Shown: one piece after another, positions 8,601-16,640 of the stretch
Layout of the letters: each line of letters starts with the position of its first letter
Position numbering within the stretch: the first letter of the stretch is position 1
Assembly (NCBI GenBank): GCA_043822305.1
Contig: JBDRBU010000083.1
Span: 1 to 21,892, forward strand
Direction: 5' to 3'
Length of the DNA: 21,892 nt
Source: Candidatus Firestoneibacteriota bacterium
GTDB lineage: Bacteria > Oederibacteriota > D2-FULL-39-29 > JBDRBU01
Notes under the pieces: model-generated
Database searches by the model: none
Seen by the model: the letters and a program-made list of their open reading frames with translations, nothing else
What the model was told of the DNA's origin: nothing
Translations under genes and position numbers: made by a program

Positions 8601-10702
8601 AAAGATAATTGATTTGCTCTATTATCAATATTTAAATCTGTATCAGTAGTAGAAGCCGGCATGCTTGAAGGAAACCAAGTATTACAATCAACCGGTAATC
8701 CAGAGATATTATCTGCTCCTTCCATACTATCAATCATACCTACACCTTTTTCTCCATTACTTGATTCATAAATATTCGGATTATAAAAACTTTTTGCAAT
8801 TTCTCCGGAAAAACTAATTTCTGTCGGTAAAAATATACTACTTCCCAGGACACTCTCAATCATACCTTTATTAATATTAACTTTACCATCAACATCAACT
8901 ACATTTAAGCTGGAAGGTGTAGAACCAATAGTAGGAACATCTAGAGGAGTTTGACTTCCAGTGAAAAGATAGGTTGAACCAATTGATAATGGAGATAAAT
9001 TAATATCTGCTCTTACACCAAATAAATTACTTTGAAATCCACCACCAAAAGGCATATATTCATATGTTGCCGTGATTTGTGTTTTATCAGTTATCTTATC
9101 CTCATTAAAAAAGAAAATAAAACCAGACTCATAATCTATAGTATAATCAACATCTCTTACTAAATTCCTTCCATCCATAACAATAACCTCGCTATACTTT
9201 ACAATGTTAAAATTAGGTAATTGATATGTTTTAAATTTATATTTATATTCTATATGCATTCTGTATCTGCTTTGAGTAGTAGAAGCAGTATCTGGATAAG
9301 CATTTGGACTTATTAAAATATTACTGTCATCATAAGCAAATGGTTTCTCTGGAGTTGGAGAAGTATTTTTTGTAATTTTTAAAAGACCACTATCAACATC
9401 TATACCATATGTATAATTTGTTATTGATTTTTCAGTATTATTAGCATCGTAAATTTTAAAAATAAATTCTGGGTCATACTGTGGTAAAAGTATTTTTTTA
9501 TTACCCAGATTATAGAAATTCATTAACTGATTACTATAATAAGTGGGACTATTGATCATAGGTTGAATTGGATTTAAATTAGCTTCATTAAAATCAAAAG
9601 TATTACCAGAATATCCAACCGAACTTGCTCCATTATTATACTTATAAGCAACAAAAAGGACATAATTTGACTGAATACTCTTATTAAATATAATCACACC
9701 GCTATTATAATCAATAGTATAATCTATTCCAGGATGAAGATAATCTAATGAATATGTACCAGTATCGGTTTTTTGCGTATATTGGGTTACATCAGTACCT
9801 CTATTTGGTGGATAACCAGGTGGATAGTTATTATTGTAACCATTCATATCATCCAACCATATTTGTTCACTATTAGTATCAATAGGTAAACAAGAAGTAT
9901 TTGATGTTATATTATAATATTTATATTTAACAAAATTTGTATCGTATATATCTGTTTTTACCTGAGTATAACCACCAACAAATGTAACTGTTTTAGTTTT
10001 ACCTTTTGTTTGAGCACCTATTGCCTTTAAACTAATATTTTTATATTTCATCTCTATTTCTCCGCCAAAAATCTTTTTGTTATATCCAGTGAATTCTGTA
10101 TTAGGTAAAGATAAAGAAACATCACCAAATTCCGCCTTCTGAACAAGTTCTTCACCTTCACCTTTATATATAAGTGAAATATCTCTTTGCTGTTCTTTTG
10201 TATCATCGTAATCTACATTTACCGTGATTCTTTTGCCCACAGTTCCAGAGAGTCTAACTTGAAGTTCCTGGAGTAAAGTAAAACCGCTTGTTATTCCAGC
10301 AGGAGTACTACCACCAATAGCAGGAACACCAGAAGGTGGATTGGTTTTTATAACATTACCATAACTCATTGATACAGATTTTCTTCCAGAAATTTCCAAT
10401 TTTGATTCCAATGGAAGATCTACACCAATATGGCCAATGGCTTCTGGTAAAGTTTCCTTCACTGTAACATCTACACCTCCCTCAAGGAAAACAAACTTTT
10501 CAAAAGCGATACCATAAAACGTTCTCTTTAGATTTTTTATTAAATACAAGTCATCATACTCGTAATTTAACTCTGAAACTATCTCCTCAAAAATAACATC
10601 TTCGCCTAAAAGAACACCAATTAGATTGAAATCAAAGTCCTCACCATTAATAGCATTAATACTTATCAGAAAAATTATTAATATACTTAATCCTTTCAAC
10701 AT
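5645..10702 (-). CDS. sprA: Large outer-membrane protein, SprA/Sov (T9SS translocon)-like
   Basis: SprA-type segments QELQVRLSGTVGKRITVNVDYD, YKGEGEELVQKAEFGDVSLSLP, LVRDVDYTIDYESG, LDIGVISED..N..LDTED and GEIWVNNLRV. Many amphipathic beta-strands and a terminal Phe. Signal peptide from ATG 10702 (MLKGLSILIIFLISINAING). Confidence 0.78.
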   Translation of the reverse strand: MLKGLSILIIFLISINAINGEDFDFNLIGVLLGEDVIFEEIVSELNYEYDDLYLIKNLKRTFYGIAFEKFVFLEGGVDVTVKETLPEAIGHIGVDLPLESKLEISGRKSVSMSYGNVIKTNPPSGVPAIGGSTPAGITSGFTLLQELQVRLSGTVGKRITVNVDYDDTKEQQRDISLIYKGEGEELVQKAEFGDVSLSLPNTEFTGYNKKIFGGEIEMKYKNISLKAIGAQTKGKTKTVTFVGGYTQVKTDIYDTNFVKYKYYNITSNTSCLPIDTNSEQIWLDDMNGYNNNYPPGYPPNRGTDVTQYTQKTDTGTYSLDYLHPGIDYTIDYNSGVIIFNKSIQSNYVLFVAYKYNNGASSVGYSGNTFDFNEANLNPIQPMINSPTYYSNQLMNFYNLGNKKILLPQYDPEFIFKIYDANNTEKSITNYTYGIDVDSGLLKITKNTSPTPEKPFAYDDSNILISPNAYPDTASTTQSRYRMHIEYKYKFKTYQLPNFNIVKYSEVIVMDGRNLVRDVDYTIDYESGFIFFFNEDKITDKTQITATYEYMPFGGGFQSNLFGVRADINLSPLSIGSTYLFTGSQTPLDVPTIGSTPSSLNVVDVDGKVNINKGMIESVLGSSIFLPTEISFSGEIAKSFYNPNIYESSNGEKGVGMIDSMEGADNISGLPVDCNTWFPSSMPASTTDTDLNIDNRANQLSLSNYDDYGHDTSVVTKKQLLKIDCDFTNGRWDGMRYPVSTIGSDYSRYKYLEIWMNADWTSSTTFNLDIGVISEDINGNGLLDTEDKNNDNLLNTGEDTGIPVKFAGSISNVGQNNNRLDKEDMDNNGRLDFTNNDYYRYEFDLNNIPPAYISNTIGSWKLIKIPLNFTTTTDKNGSPTPTLIKHVRLWLKNISSQTGSMVVESVQFTGNKWELKYPLLASNLDVKTINKDLDSVYEPLTDGFFKADTETEKNREMSLSITYNNTASSSVTIPYICKLFTRAQSYLDYNYLKCDIYKRTTFSGDIFFIRVGSDDTNYYQYNLDLSTISSGWQTVTFSLGSPPTSKVGSFYLNNVKQVSIGVISTNTGGEIWVNNLRVSDSIMKEGIASRLNGSVRYGDFFSISGDYKNIASTFNMFEDASVNTNLSVAQTYQSIKQTTKYTTVSSSLTPVNFLPLTFNYRKDETLTDDKDKSNPNYLSYPERFSDNYNSTLNFTLLSPLNISLNGNYKLENMQYLPNVLLNDNTYTKSYNASSKATYALPSNIFGIPLGTNNFEASFGFSEDKINHSLYLDRNTYIISRENYYKWMGSYEFLSGLTTSPFYTMKFLDKKGNIYAYNISLPSGTFPFVDDFSPQTYSRSAGLSSSYSKIKGLTPRANYNGAVDRDYNVNQLRTSSSIEAGSEFRLSEWLGFLESFSPTLNLSHRVSANAFYNNYDGAGENFPIKNLTFWDEWWIVPSEKFALNSSQVVSDTGNGRFKLGPITFNPRGSISNESNRQLQFLTKTNVNSVGSGVIIDSPPIPILSLLNPTSMNIEYDYKNIKRIDASDKITSNSFTHTGNFTCPFRVSDAFNGSLLFIANIEDREENNIKYNNISYTPGVDLSLNLNFNDPIKLPDFWPFGGAIIKIEQAVRLNSRFNLNMVRNKTSGATIGSEIKTDLYTISTSVEYNFSRNIRADLGFQFSYLNDYVSNVNNYYAYGISLKVNAIF

Positions 10703-10709
10703 AATATGA

Positions 10710-10738
10710 ATTTTACCATAATTTTTATATTCTATCAA
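10710..10738 (-). promoter_or_regulatory. Sigma70-type promoter for the sprA-like gene
   Basis: TTGATA-17 bp-TAAAAT with TG extension, 7 nt before ATG 10702. Confidence 0.55.
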
Positions 10739-10751
10739 TAAAATAAAATGG

Positions 10752-10781
10752 TTGATAGTCGTAGTTGAATTATTATATAAT
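10752..10781 (+). promoter_or_regulatory. Sigma70-type promoter for lptFG
   Basis: TTGATA-18 bp-TATAAT. Confidence 0.5.
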
Positions 10782-10821
10782 GTAGATGTCCAATTTATTA
10801 GGCACCATTAAAGTTAAATCA

Positions 10822-11946
10822 ATGAAAATAATTCATAAATACATAATAAAAGAAATTCTCGGACCTTTATTTTTAGGATTCTTTTTATTTACGTTTATAT
10901 TTTTAATAGATAAGATGGCTGAACTTGTGGATTTAATTATAAATAAAGGTGTAAGTTTAACAAACACCATTAAACTACTTATCTATATAATGCCTGCTTT
11001 TATTGCCATAACAGTACCTATGGGAATACTCATAGCAGTATTAATTGCATTTAGCAGATTAAATTCGGACAACGAAATAATGGCTATGAAAACAAATGGA
11101 TTAAATATAAAATCTATAGTTATGCCTGTTATTATCTTCGGTTTAATCTTAAGTATAGTAATGGTAACTTTTAATAACTACATTTTACCTCGAAGTAATA
11201 TGGCTTTTAAAAACTTATATTTCAATGTCCTAAAAGAAAGAGCCTCTATTGTCCTCCAGGAAAAATTATTTATAGATGAGTTTAATGACTTCATATTTTA
11301 TATAGAAGAAAAAGAGAATGAAACTGATAAATTAAAAAATATTACAATATATTCTTCAGAAAAAACCAATGAATCTCCTTATATTGTAGTAGCGAAATAT
11401 GGTTATTTATTGTCAGATCCAAATGAAAAAAGGGTTATACTAAAATTATATGATGGAACATTACACCAGATAAATTATCATAACCCATTAGTTTACAATA
11501 AAATAAAATTTAATACTTATGATTTGGATTTGGATTTAAAAAATGTATTAAGACAACATGATGTAACAGAAAATATTAAAACTGCAAGAGAAATGAACTT
11601 TAAAGAGTTAGGCGAAGAAATTAAAAAATATTTTAAAAATGGTATAAACACAAATTATCTTAAGATTGAATACCACAAGAAAATTGCAATTCCTTTTGCA
11701 TGTTTTGCCTTTACCTTCGTCGGAATTTCAATAGGAACTGCTTTAAGGACCAAGGGTAAATCAATGAGTTTTTTAATCAGTATTTTTATTATTCTTGTAT
11801 ATTATTTTCTTTTGATTTTTGGTGAAATATTAGCCGAAAAAGGAAAGATAACTCCATGGTTAGGTATGTGGTTACCTAATTTCGTCATAGGTATAATCGG
11901 AATAATATTACTATACTTTACAACTAAAGAAAAAATAAATATATGA
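10822..11946 (+). CDS. lptF: LPS export ABC transporter permease LptF
   Basis: MKIIHKYIIKEILGPLF, SRLNSDNEIMAMKTNG, IEYHKKIAIPFACF and GMWLPN. 3+3 TM layout. ATG 10822 preferred over 10786. Confidence 0.9.
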   Translation: MKIIHKYIIKEILGPLFLGFFLFTFIFLIDKMAELVDLIINKGVSLTNTIKLLIYIMPAFIAITVPMGILIAVLIAFSRLNSDNEIMAMKTNGLNIKSIVMPVIIFGLILSIVMVTFNNYILPRSNMAFKNLYFNVLKERASIVLQEKLFIDEFNDFIFYIEEKENETDKLKNITIYSSEKTNESPYIVVAKYGYLLSDPNEKRVILKLYDGTLHQINYHNPLVYNKIKFNTYDLDLDLKNVLRQHDVTENIKTAREMNFKELGEEIKKYFKNGINTNYLKIEYHKKIAIPFACFAFTFVGISIGTALRTKGKSMSFLISIFIILVYYFLLIFGEILAEKGKITPWLGMWLPNFVIGIIGIILLYFTTKEKINI

Positions 11947-13028
11947 AAAGTCCAAAAATTTTATATTGGTATATATCATCAGAATTTATTAAAACATTTT
12001 TATTATCGTTAATATCACTAACTATTATAGTTCTTGTTACAGAATTCTTTGATGAGATTAAAGGTTTATTGGAATGCAACCCAGCCATTTTAAGTATTAT
12101 TAAATATTTTTTTTATAAAATTCCTTATACGGCACTAAAAGCCACTCCATTTGCTGCATTAATTGCAACTTTGTTTTCCTTGCACAATTTTGCAAGAAAC
12201 AACGAAACCATAGCCATGCAAGCTAATGGTCTTAGCTTGTTTAAAATAATATTGCCGTTTCTTGTAATATCATTTATTTTAAGTTTAATAGTTATAGTCA
12301 TAAACGAAACTTTAGCAGCAAATATGTATTCAAAATCTACCCTTATAAAATACAAAGATATATTTAAGACAGAAATTTCTTATTCTGCTACTAAAAATAA
12401 TTTATCTTTTAAATCTAAAGAAGGCTGGATAGCATATATTAAATTATTTAATGGGGAACGCAACTTTATGAGGGATGTAACCATAATATTTTTTGATAAA
12501 GAAAATAACCTTTTAAAAAGAATAGATGCTAAAGAAGGTATATGGAATGGTAAAAATTGGGATTTCAAAAATTGTTATATGCGAGAATTTCTAAGTACAC
12601 CACATAGAGAAGTTGTTACTACATTCTCATCAATTACATTACCTATAACAGAAAAACCGGAAGATTTTGTAAAAAAAAGAAAAAAAATAGAAGAATTTAC
12701 TATAAAAGAACTTTCTAATGAAATAAATAAATTAAAAACCAATGGTGCAAAATACAACGAAGAATCAGTAAATCTACATTTTAAAATATCCTACGCCTTT
12801 TCAACCTTTATACTTACTCTATTAGGAATACCTTTTGGAGTAAAAACTGGTAAACACAGGAGTGTAATTCTTAGTTTCTTCCTAAGTTTTTTTATAGGAT
12901 TTCTTTACTGGCAGTTACTCGTTGTAGGATATTCCCTGGGTAAATATGAATCTTTGCCACCCATAATAGCTTCCTGGTTAGGAAATATTGTGTTTACTGT
13001 TATTGGAACGGTTATGCTGTTTATTTAA
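11943..13028 (+). CDS. lptG: LPS export ABC transporter permease LptG
   Basis: RNNETIAMQANGLSL, IDAKEG.W....W, HFKISYAF, LGIPFG and LPPIIASWLGN. ATGA overlap with lptF. Confidence 0.9.
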   Translation: MKSPKILYWYISSEFIKTFLLSLISLTIIVLVTEFFDEIKGLLECNPAILSIIKYFFYKIPYTALKATPFAALIATLFSLHNFARNNETIAMQANGLSLFKIILPFLVISFILSLIVIVINETLAANMYSKSTLIKYKDIFKTEISYSATKNNLSFKSKEGWIAYIKLFNGERNFMRDVTIIFFDKENNLLKRIDAKEGIWNGKNWDFKNCYMREFLSTPHREVVTTFSSITLPITEKPEDFVKKRKKIEEFTIKELSNEINKLKTNGAKYNEESVNLHFKISYAFSTFILTLLGIPFGVKTGKHRSVILSFFLSFFIGFLYWQLLVVGYSLGKYESLPPIIASWLGNIVFTVIGTVMLFI

Positions 13029-13048
13029 AGGGGACAGCGACCTTTATT
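13027..13048 (+). repeat. AAAGGGGWCAG-type short repeat, copy 1
   Basis: AAAGGGGACAGCGACCTTTATT, 17/22 identical to the reverse complement of 14062-14083. Confidence 0.55.
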
Positions 13049-13065
13049 ATCACTGATCAGGCGGG

Positions 13066-14049
13066 TTATTTTATTTCTTCTTCTGTGCTTGTCTTAGATA
13101 ATTCTTTAAAAACATCTCTTATGGTAAGGGAAAATTTATGCGTACCAGCTGTTCCACTTGCGAAACCTAATGGGAATAAAAACCCGTAATCAAATTCACC
13201 ACCAATATTGATATAAGGAATGTTAAATTTATATCCTAAACCAACTGTGAAATTCATATAATTATCCGAACCTGCTCCACCTCCAATGCGAAAAGAAAGA
13301 ATTCCAAAATTACCTGTTTTAGTACTATTATCTTCTACGCCCAGATGAACTTTAACTCTATTATTTCTATAAAATACTTCGGTAGTTACTAAATCATATT
13401 TACCAACATTATATCTAACTCCACTTCTTACAACCATTGGTAATCTTTCTTCTAAAATACCAACATCTGGTTGATTGATATCATCAATAAACAAACCAAA
13501 TGATAAATCTTTAATTGTAGATGTGAACAAAGAAAGTCCAAATGAAAAATTAGATTTATTTAAACCAGTAAAGTACGGATTTATAGACACCCATTCATTA
13601 CTAACATAATTTCTAATCAAATATTTAAAATTAATTCCAAACGATGCATCTTTTATAGGATAAGCATAAGCAAGGTAAAAAACAGTTTCATTATATAAAG
13701 ACTCATTAAAATTATACCAGCCAACTCCAACACTACCGTATTCCTTAAATGGCACACCAACACATATAAAACTTTCAGACAGGTTTGAAATACCCCAATA
13801 TAACTTACTATAAGAAGAAAGAACTTCCCATGATTTTAAATTACCCAAGCCAGCAGGGTTTGCATATATTGAATTTACATCATCGGCTACGGCAACAAAA
13901 GAGTTTCCCATGCCTAATACTCTTGCCGATGGACTCATAATATTAAAAGCACCATAAGAATTAGTGATAAAGATTAAGAACAAAGCAACAAATGACAGAT
14001 GATAAAAAACAATTTTCAATTTGTTCTTATTCTTCATTCCTTTTTTCAT
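13066..14049 (-). CDS. Outer-membrane beta-barrel of PorV/PorQ or PorP/SprF type
   Basis: Signal peptide followed by SARVLGMGNSFVAVADDVNSIYANPAGLG, then alternating beta-strands, DINQPD..LP...R.G and a late THKFSL strand. Confidence 0.75.
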   Translation of the reverse strand: MKKGMKNKNKLKIVFYHLSFVALFLIFITNSYGAFNIMSPSARVLGMGNSFVAVADDVNSIYANPAGLGNLKSWEVLSSYSKLYWGISNLSESFICVGVPFKEYGSVGVGWYNFNESLYNETVFYLAYAYPIKDASFGINFKYLIRNYVSNEWVSINPYFTGLNKSNFSFGLSLFTSTIKDLSFGLFIDDINQPDVGILEERLPMVVRSGVRYNVGKYDLVTTEVFYRNNRVKVHLGVEDNSTKTGNFGILSFRIGGGAGSDNYMNFTVGLGYKFNIPYINIGGEFDYGFLFPLGFASGTAGTHKFSLTIRDVFKELSKTSTEEEIK

Positions 14050-14061
14050 TGTTTTACCTCT

Positions 14062-14083
14062 AAAAAATGACTCTGACCCCTTT
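14062..14083 (-). repeat. AAAGGGGWCAG-type short repeat, copy 2
   Basis: Minus strand AAAGGGGTCAGAGTCATTTTTT, directly at the stop codon of the upstream gene. Confidence 0.55.
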
Positions 14084-16350
14084 TATTTTGCTACAACTAA
14101 TGTTCCTTTGCCTGCTGAACTTCCTCCTACTTTTATTTCGTAGATATAAACTCCGCTTTCTACAACCCTTCCTTGTTCATCTTTTCCATCCCATTCAAAA
14201 GAACTTATACCATCAGTATTATTAATTTCTTTCATAAGTGTTCCAGTGATATCCCATATTTTAAAACTTACTGTTTCATTATTAGCATTTGGAAAACTAA
14301 TTTTTACTTTATTAAAAGTAGAATTACAACTTAATGGTGTAAACGGATTTGGTTCACAATTTACCGATATGTTAGTAGGAGAACCAATAATTATACCAAA
14401 TTTTGAAAGATGTAAAGTTTTCGTTGATACATATATATTATTACCATTTACAGTAACATTTGAAGATAAAGGAACCCAATGCAATCCGTTCCAGAAAGCT
14501 ATGGTTAACTGGGTTTTTGCATTGGAAAGCAAGACAGAATTATTTGTACTATTAACATATGTACCATCACCCGACTGCCAGTGAATAGTAACTGTAAGTG
14601 CTTTATTAAATTTTTCAATAATTTCATTTGTATCAAAATTTTTTGCTGTTATATCATATGCAACTATTACATTTGTAGGAGATATCAAAGAAGTTGGTGG
14701 ATTATTATCATTTATTAAACTATATTGAGTATTAACATTTGTCGTTTCTGGCAAAACTGTAATTTTTGTTTCTGTGTCACTTAATGAAGTAACATCTCCG
14801 GCTAAATTTGCTGGAATGATTGACTGGTCACAAGTCGTGTAATTAACTGTTAATAAATTTTTTATTTTTGGTGTCTTCCATGTTCCCGTTAATTCTGCTT
14901 TCCATCTTAAATCACTAGCGGTATAAGTAATAGTACTTTCTACTCCATTTGAAAACTCCTTCCAGTTTGTCCCGGCATTAGCAGTTAAATAATACTTTAA
15001 AGTCTGTCCATTAAGTTCTTCGGTAGCAGTAAGTGTTGCTTTATATATCCTTTCCGCAGTGCTACTTATTTTTTTTGAAACTATGGATACAGGAGTTGCC
15101 CCATTATATATACCATCAGCACGATTTATTTTTGCAGTATTTCCACCAAATAATAAATATGTACCATTCCATCCAATAGATTTTATTGTATTAGTCCCCC
15201 AGGAAGCATCTAACATAGTTTGTGGAGGACCAGTAGGACCATCACCTAACCCTATAAAGTTACTATCTGCAATTCCTGCTCCATCATACTTTACAAATTT
15301 ACCTCCACTACCAACAATATACCAATCATAACCATTCCATACCATAGAATAAACAGTGTTTCCACCAAAGTTCCCACCTGCTGATGTCGTAAGTGCTGTC
15401 AATGAAGTAGCTACTGTCCCATCGTATTTTGTTAGTTTCCCATCTGCACCACCAACTAACCAGTAAGAATTATTCCAGGCTATAGAATAGATTTGACTTG
15501 TGCCAAAACTAAAATCAGTAGTTAAATTTGTCCAACTTGTTCCATCATATTTTCTCATCTGCCCATTTGCACCACCTATTAGCCAATACGAACCATTCCA
15601 GCCAATTGATGAAATTGCATATCCTGTTGAGTGAGTTCCATCTGTTATAAAAGTAGCTGCGGTTGATAAATCTGTACATGGTGCAATTGTAACTCCATCC
15701 CATCTATTTAACTTACCATTATCTCCGCCAATTAACCAGTAACTTCCATTATACATAAGTATATTAATTGAATCCGGAACACTATCATGATCAGGAGGAG
15801 GACTAGGATGATCTACTAAATGAGAATAATTTGTAAGAACAGAAGTAGCGATGGTATATGTAGAAAAATCATATTTATTTAATTTTGGCCCACAATAATA
15901 ACCTCCACCACCAATCAAATAATAAGAACCTCCCCAGAGTAAAGAATTTATATTAGCATTCCCAAAATCATAAATTGTACCAGATAAATCAGTAAAAGAA
16001 CTTCCATTATAAGAAACTATTCTTGGATGGTATGTTATTGTATCTATATCATAATAATAATCCCCTCCAATAAGCCATTTAGTAATACTATATCCCAATG
16101 TATTAATATTACTTGTTCCAAAATAATTAGTTATAGTTGCACCGCTAACTGAAAGGTCAGTAAAAGAAGATATATATGGCAATTTTGCAAAATGATTTGT
16201 TGTATCAAGCATTGTAGTAGAACTGGTGGCAGAAGTATCTATATTAGTCCAACTACTAAAATCTTCTGAAAATGAAAAATTTTCAGAATACAATAAACAT
16301 GGAAAGAAAAACAATATAATAGTACTAATAATTAAAAACTGCTTTCTCAT
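14083..16350 (-). CDS. Secreted beta-propeller protein with C-terminal FlgD-Ig / T9SS-CTD-like domain
   Basis: Signal peptide MRKQFLIISTIILFFFPCLLYS. Seven I..I.WNGSYWLIGG..GK..KYDG repeats. C-terminal EPNPFTP...IWDITGTLMKEI...WDGKDEQGRVVESGVYIY...GTLVVAK. Confidence 0.8.
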   Translation of the reverse strand: MRKQFLIISTIILFFFPCLLYSENFSFSEDFSSWTNIDTSATSSTTMLDTTNHFAKLPYISSFTDLSVSGATITNYFGTSNINTLGYSITKWLIGGDYYYDIDTITYHPRIVSYNGSSFTDLSGTIYDFGNANINSLLWGGSYYLIGGGGYYCGPKLNKYDFSTYTIATSVLTNYSHLVDHPSPPPDHDSVPDSINILMYNGSYWLIGGDNGKLNRWDGVTIAPCTDLSTAATFITDGTHSTGYAISSIGWNGSYWLIGGANGQMRKYDGTSWTNLTTDFSFGTSQIYSIAWNNSYWLVGGADGKLTKYDGTVATSLTALTTSAGGNFGGNTVYSMVWNGYDWYIVGSGGKFVKYDGAGIADSNFIGLGDGPTGPPQTMLDASWGTNTIKSIGWNGTYLLFGGNTAKINRADGIYNGATPVSIVSKKISSTAERIYKATLTATEELNGQTLKYYLTANAGTNWKEFSNGVESTITYTASDLRWKAELTGTWKTPKIKNLLTVNYTTCDQSIIPANLAGDVTSLSDTETKITVLPETTNVNTQYSLINDNNPPTSLISPTNVIVAYDITAKNFDTNEIIEKFNKALTVTIHWQSGDGTYVNSTNNSVLLSNAKTQLTIAFWNGLHWVPLSSNVTVNGNNIYVSTKTLHLSKFGIIIGSPTNISVNCEPNPFTPLSCNSTFNKVKISFPNANNETVSFKIWDITGTLMKEINNTDGISSFEWDGKDEQGRVVESGVYIYEIKVGGSSAGKGTLVVAK

Positions 16351-16368
16351 ATTTTTAACCTTTAAAAA

Positions 16369-16528
16369 TTTGTAAATATTCACTGAACCCCATCACCATA
16401 CATTTAAACTTTGGAGTGCAAAATCGGTAATTTTGCATTTGCAACAACATCGTTGTTACACTCCATAAAATCATTAAAATTGCTTCAATCTCCATTCACA
16501 ATGATGATGTTCAGTAAGGATTTACAAA
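16369..16528. mobile_element. MITE-like non-coding element with 27-bp imperfect terminal inverted repeats
   Basis: TTTGTAAATATTCACTGAACCCCATCA (16369-16395) versus reverse complement of 16502-16528, TTTGTAAATCCTTACTGAACATCATCA: 22/27 identical. Confidence 0.5.
16412..16465. repeat. REPIN-like inverted doublet of GGAG-footed REP hairpins
   Basis: TGGAGTG...CACTCCA closes two hairpins, TGCAAAAT-CGGTA-ATTTTGCA and AACAAC-ATC-GTTGTT. Confidence 0.6.
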
Positions 16529-16559
16529 AATTTCCCCCGCCACTATTCATGACGGGGGA
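16524..16559 (-). terminator. GC-rich hairpin with T-rich tail (second terminator candidate, or palindromic repeat)
   Basis: Minus strand TCCCCCGTCA-TGAATAG-TGGCGGGGGA followed by AATTTTTGT. Confidence 0.5.
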
Positions 16560-16584
16560 TAAAGTTTAATAAATACATTTATTC

Positions 16585-16631
16585 AAAACTCCCCTGTCCG
16601 TCCACCTCTGGCGGACGGACATGAGGAAGTT
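16585..16631 (-). terminator. Long hairpin after the pilin stop codon, likely intrinsic terminator
   Basis: Minus strand AACTTCCT-CA-TGTCCGTCCGCC-AGA-GGTGGACGGACA-GGGGAGTT-TT. Confidence 0.6.
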
Positions 16632-16640
16632 AACTTCACC

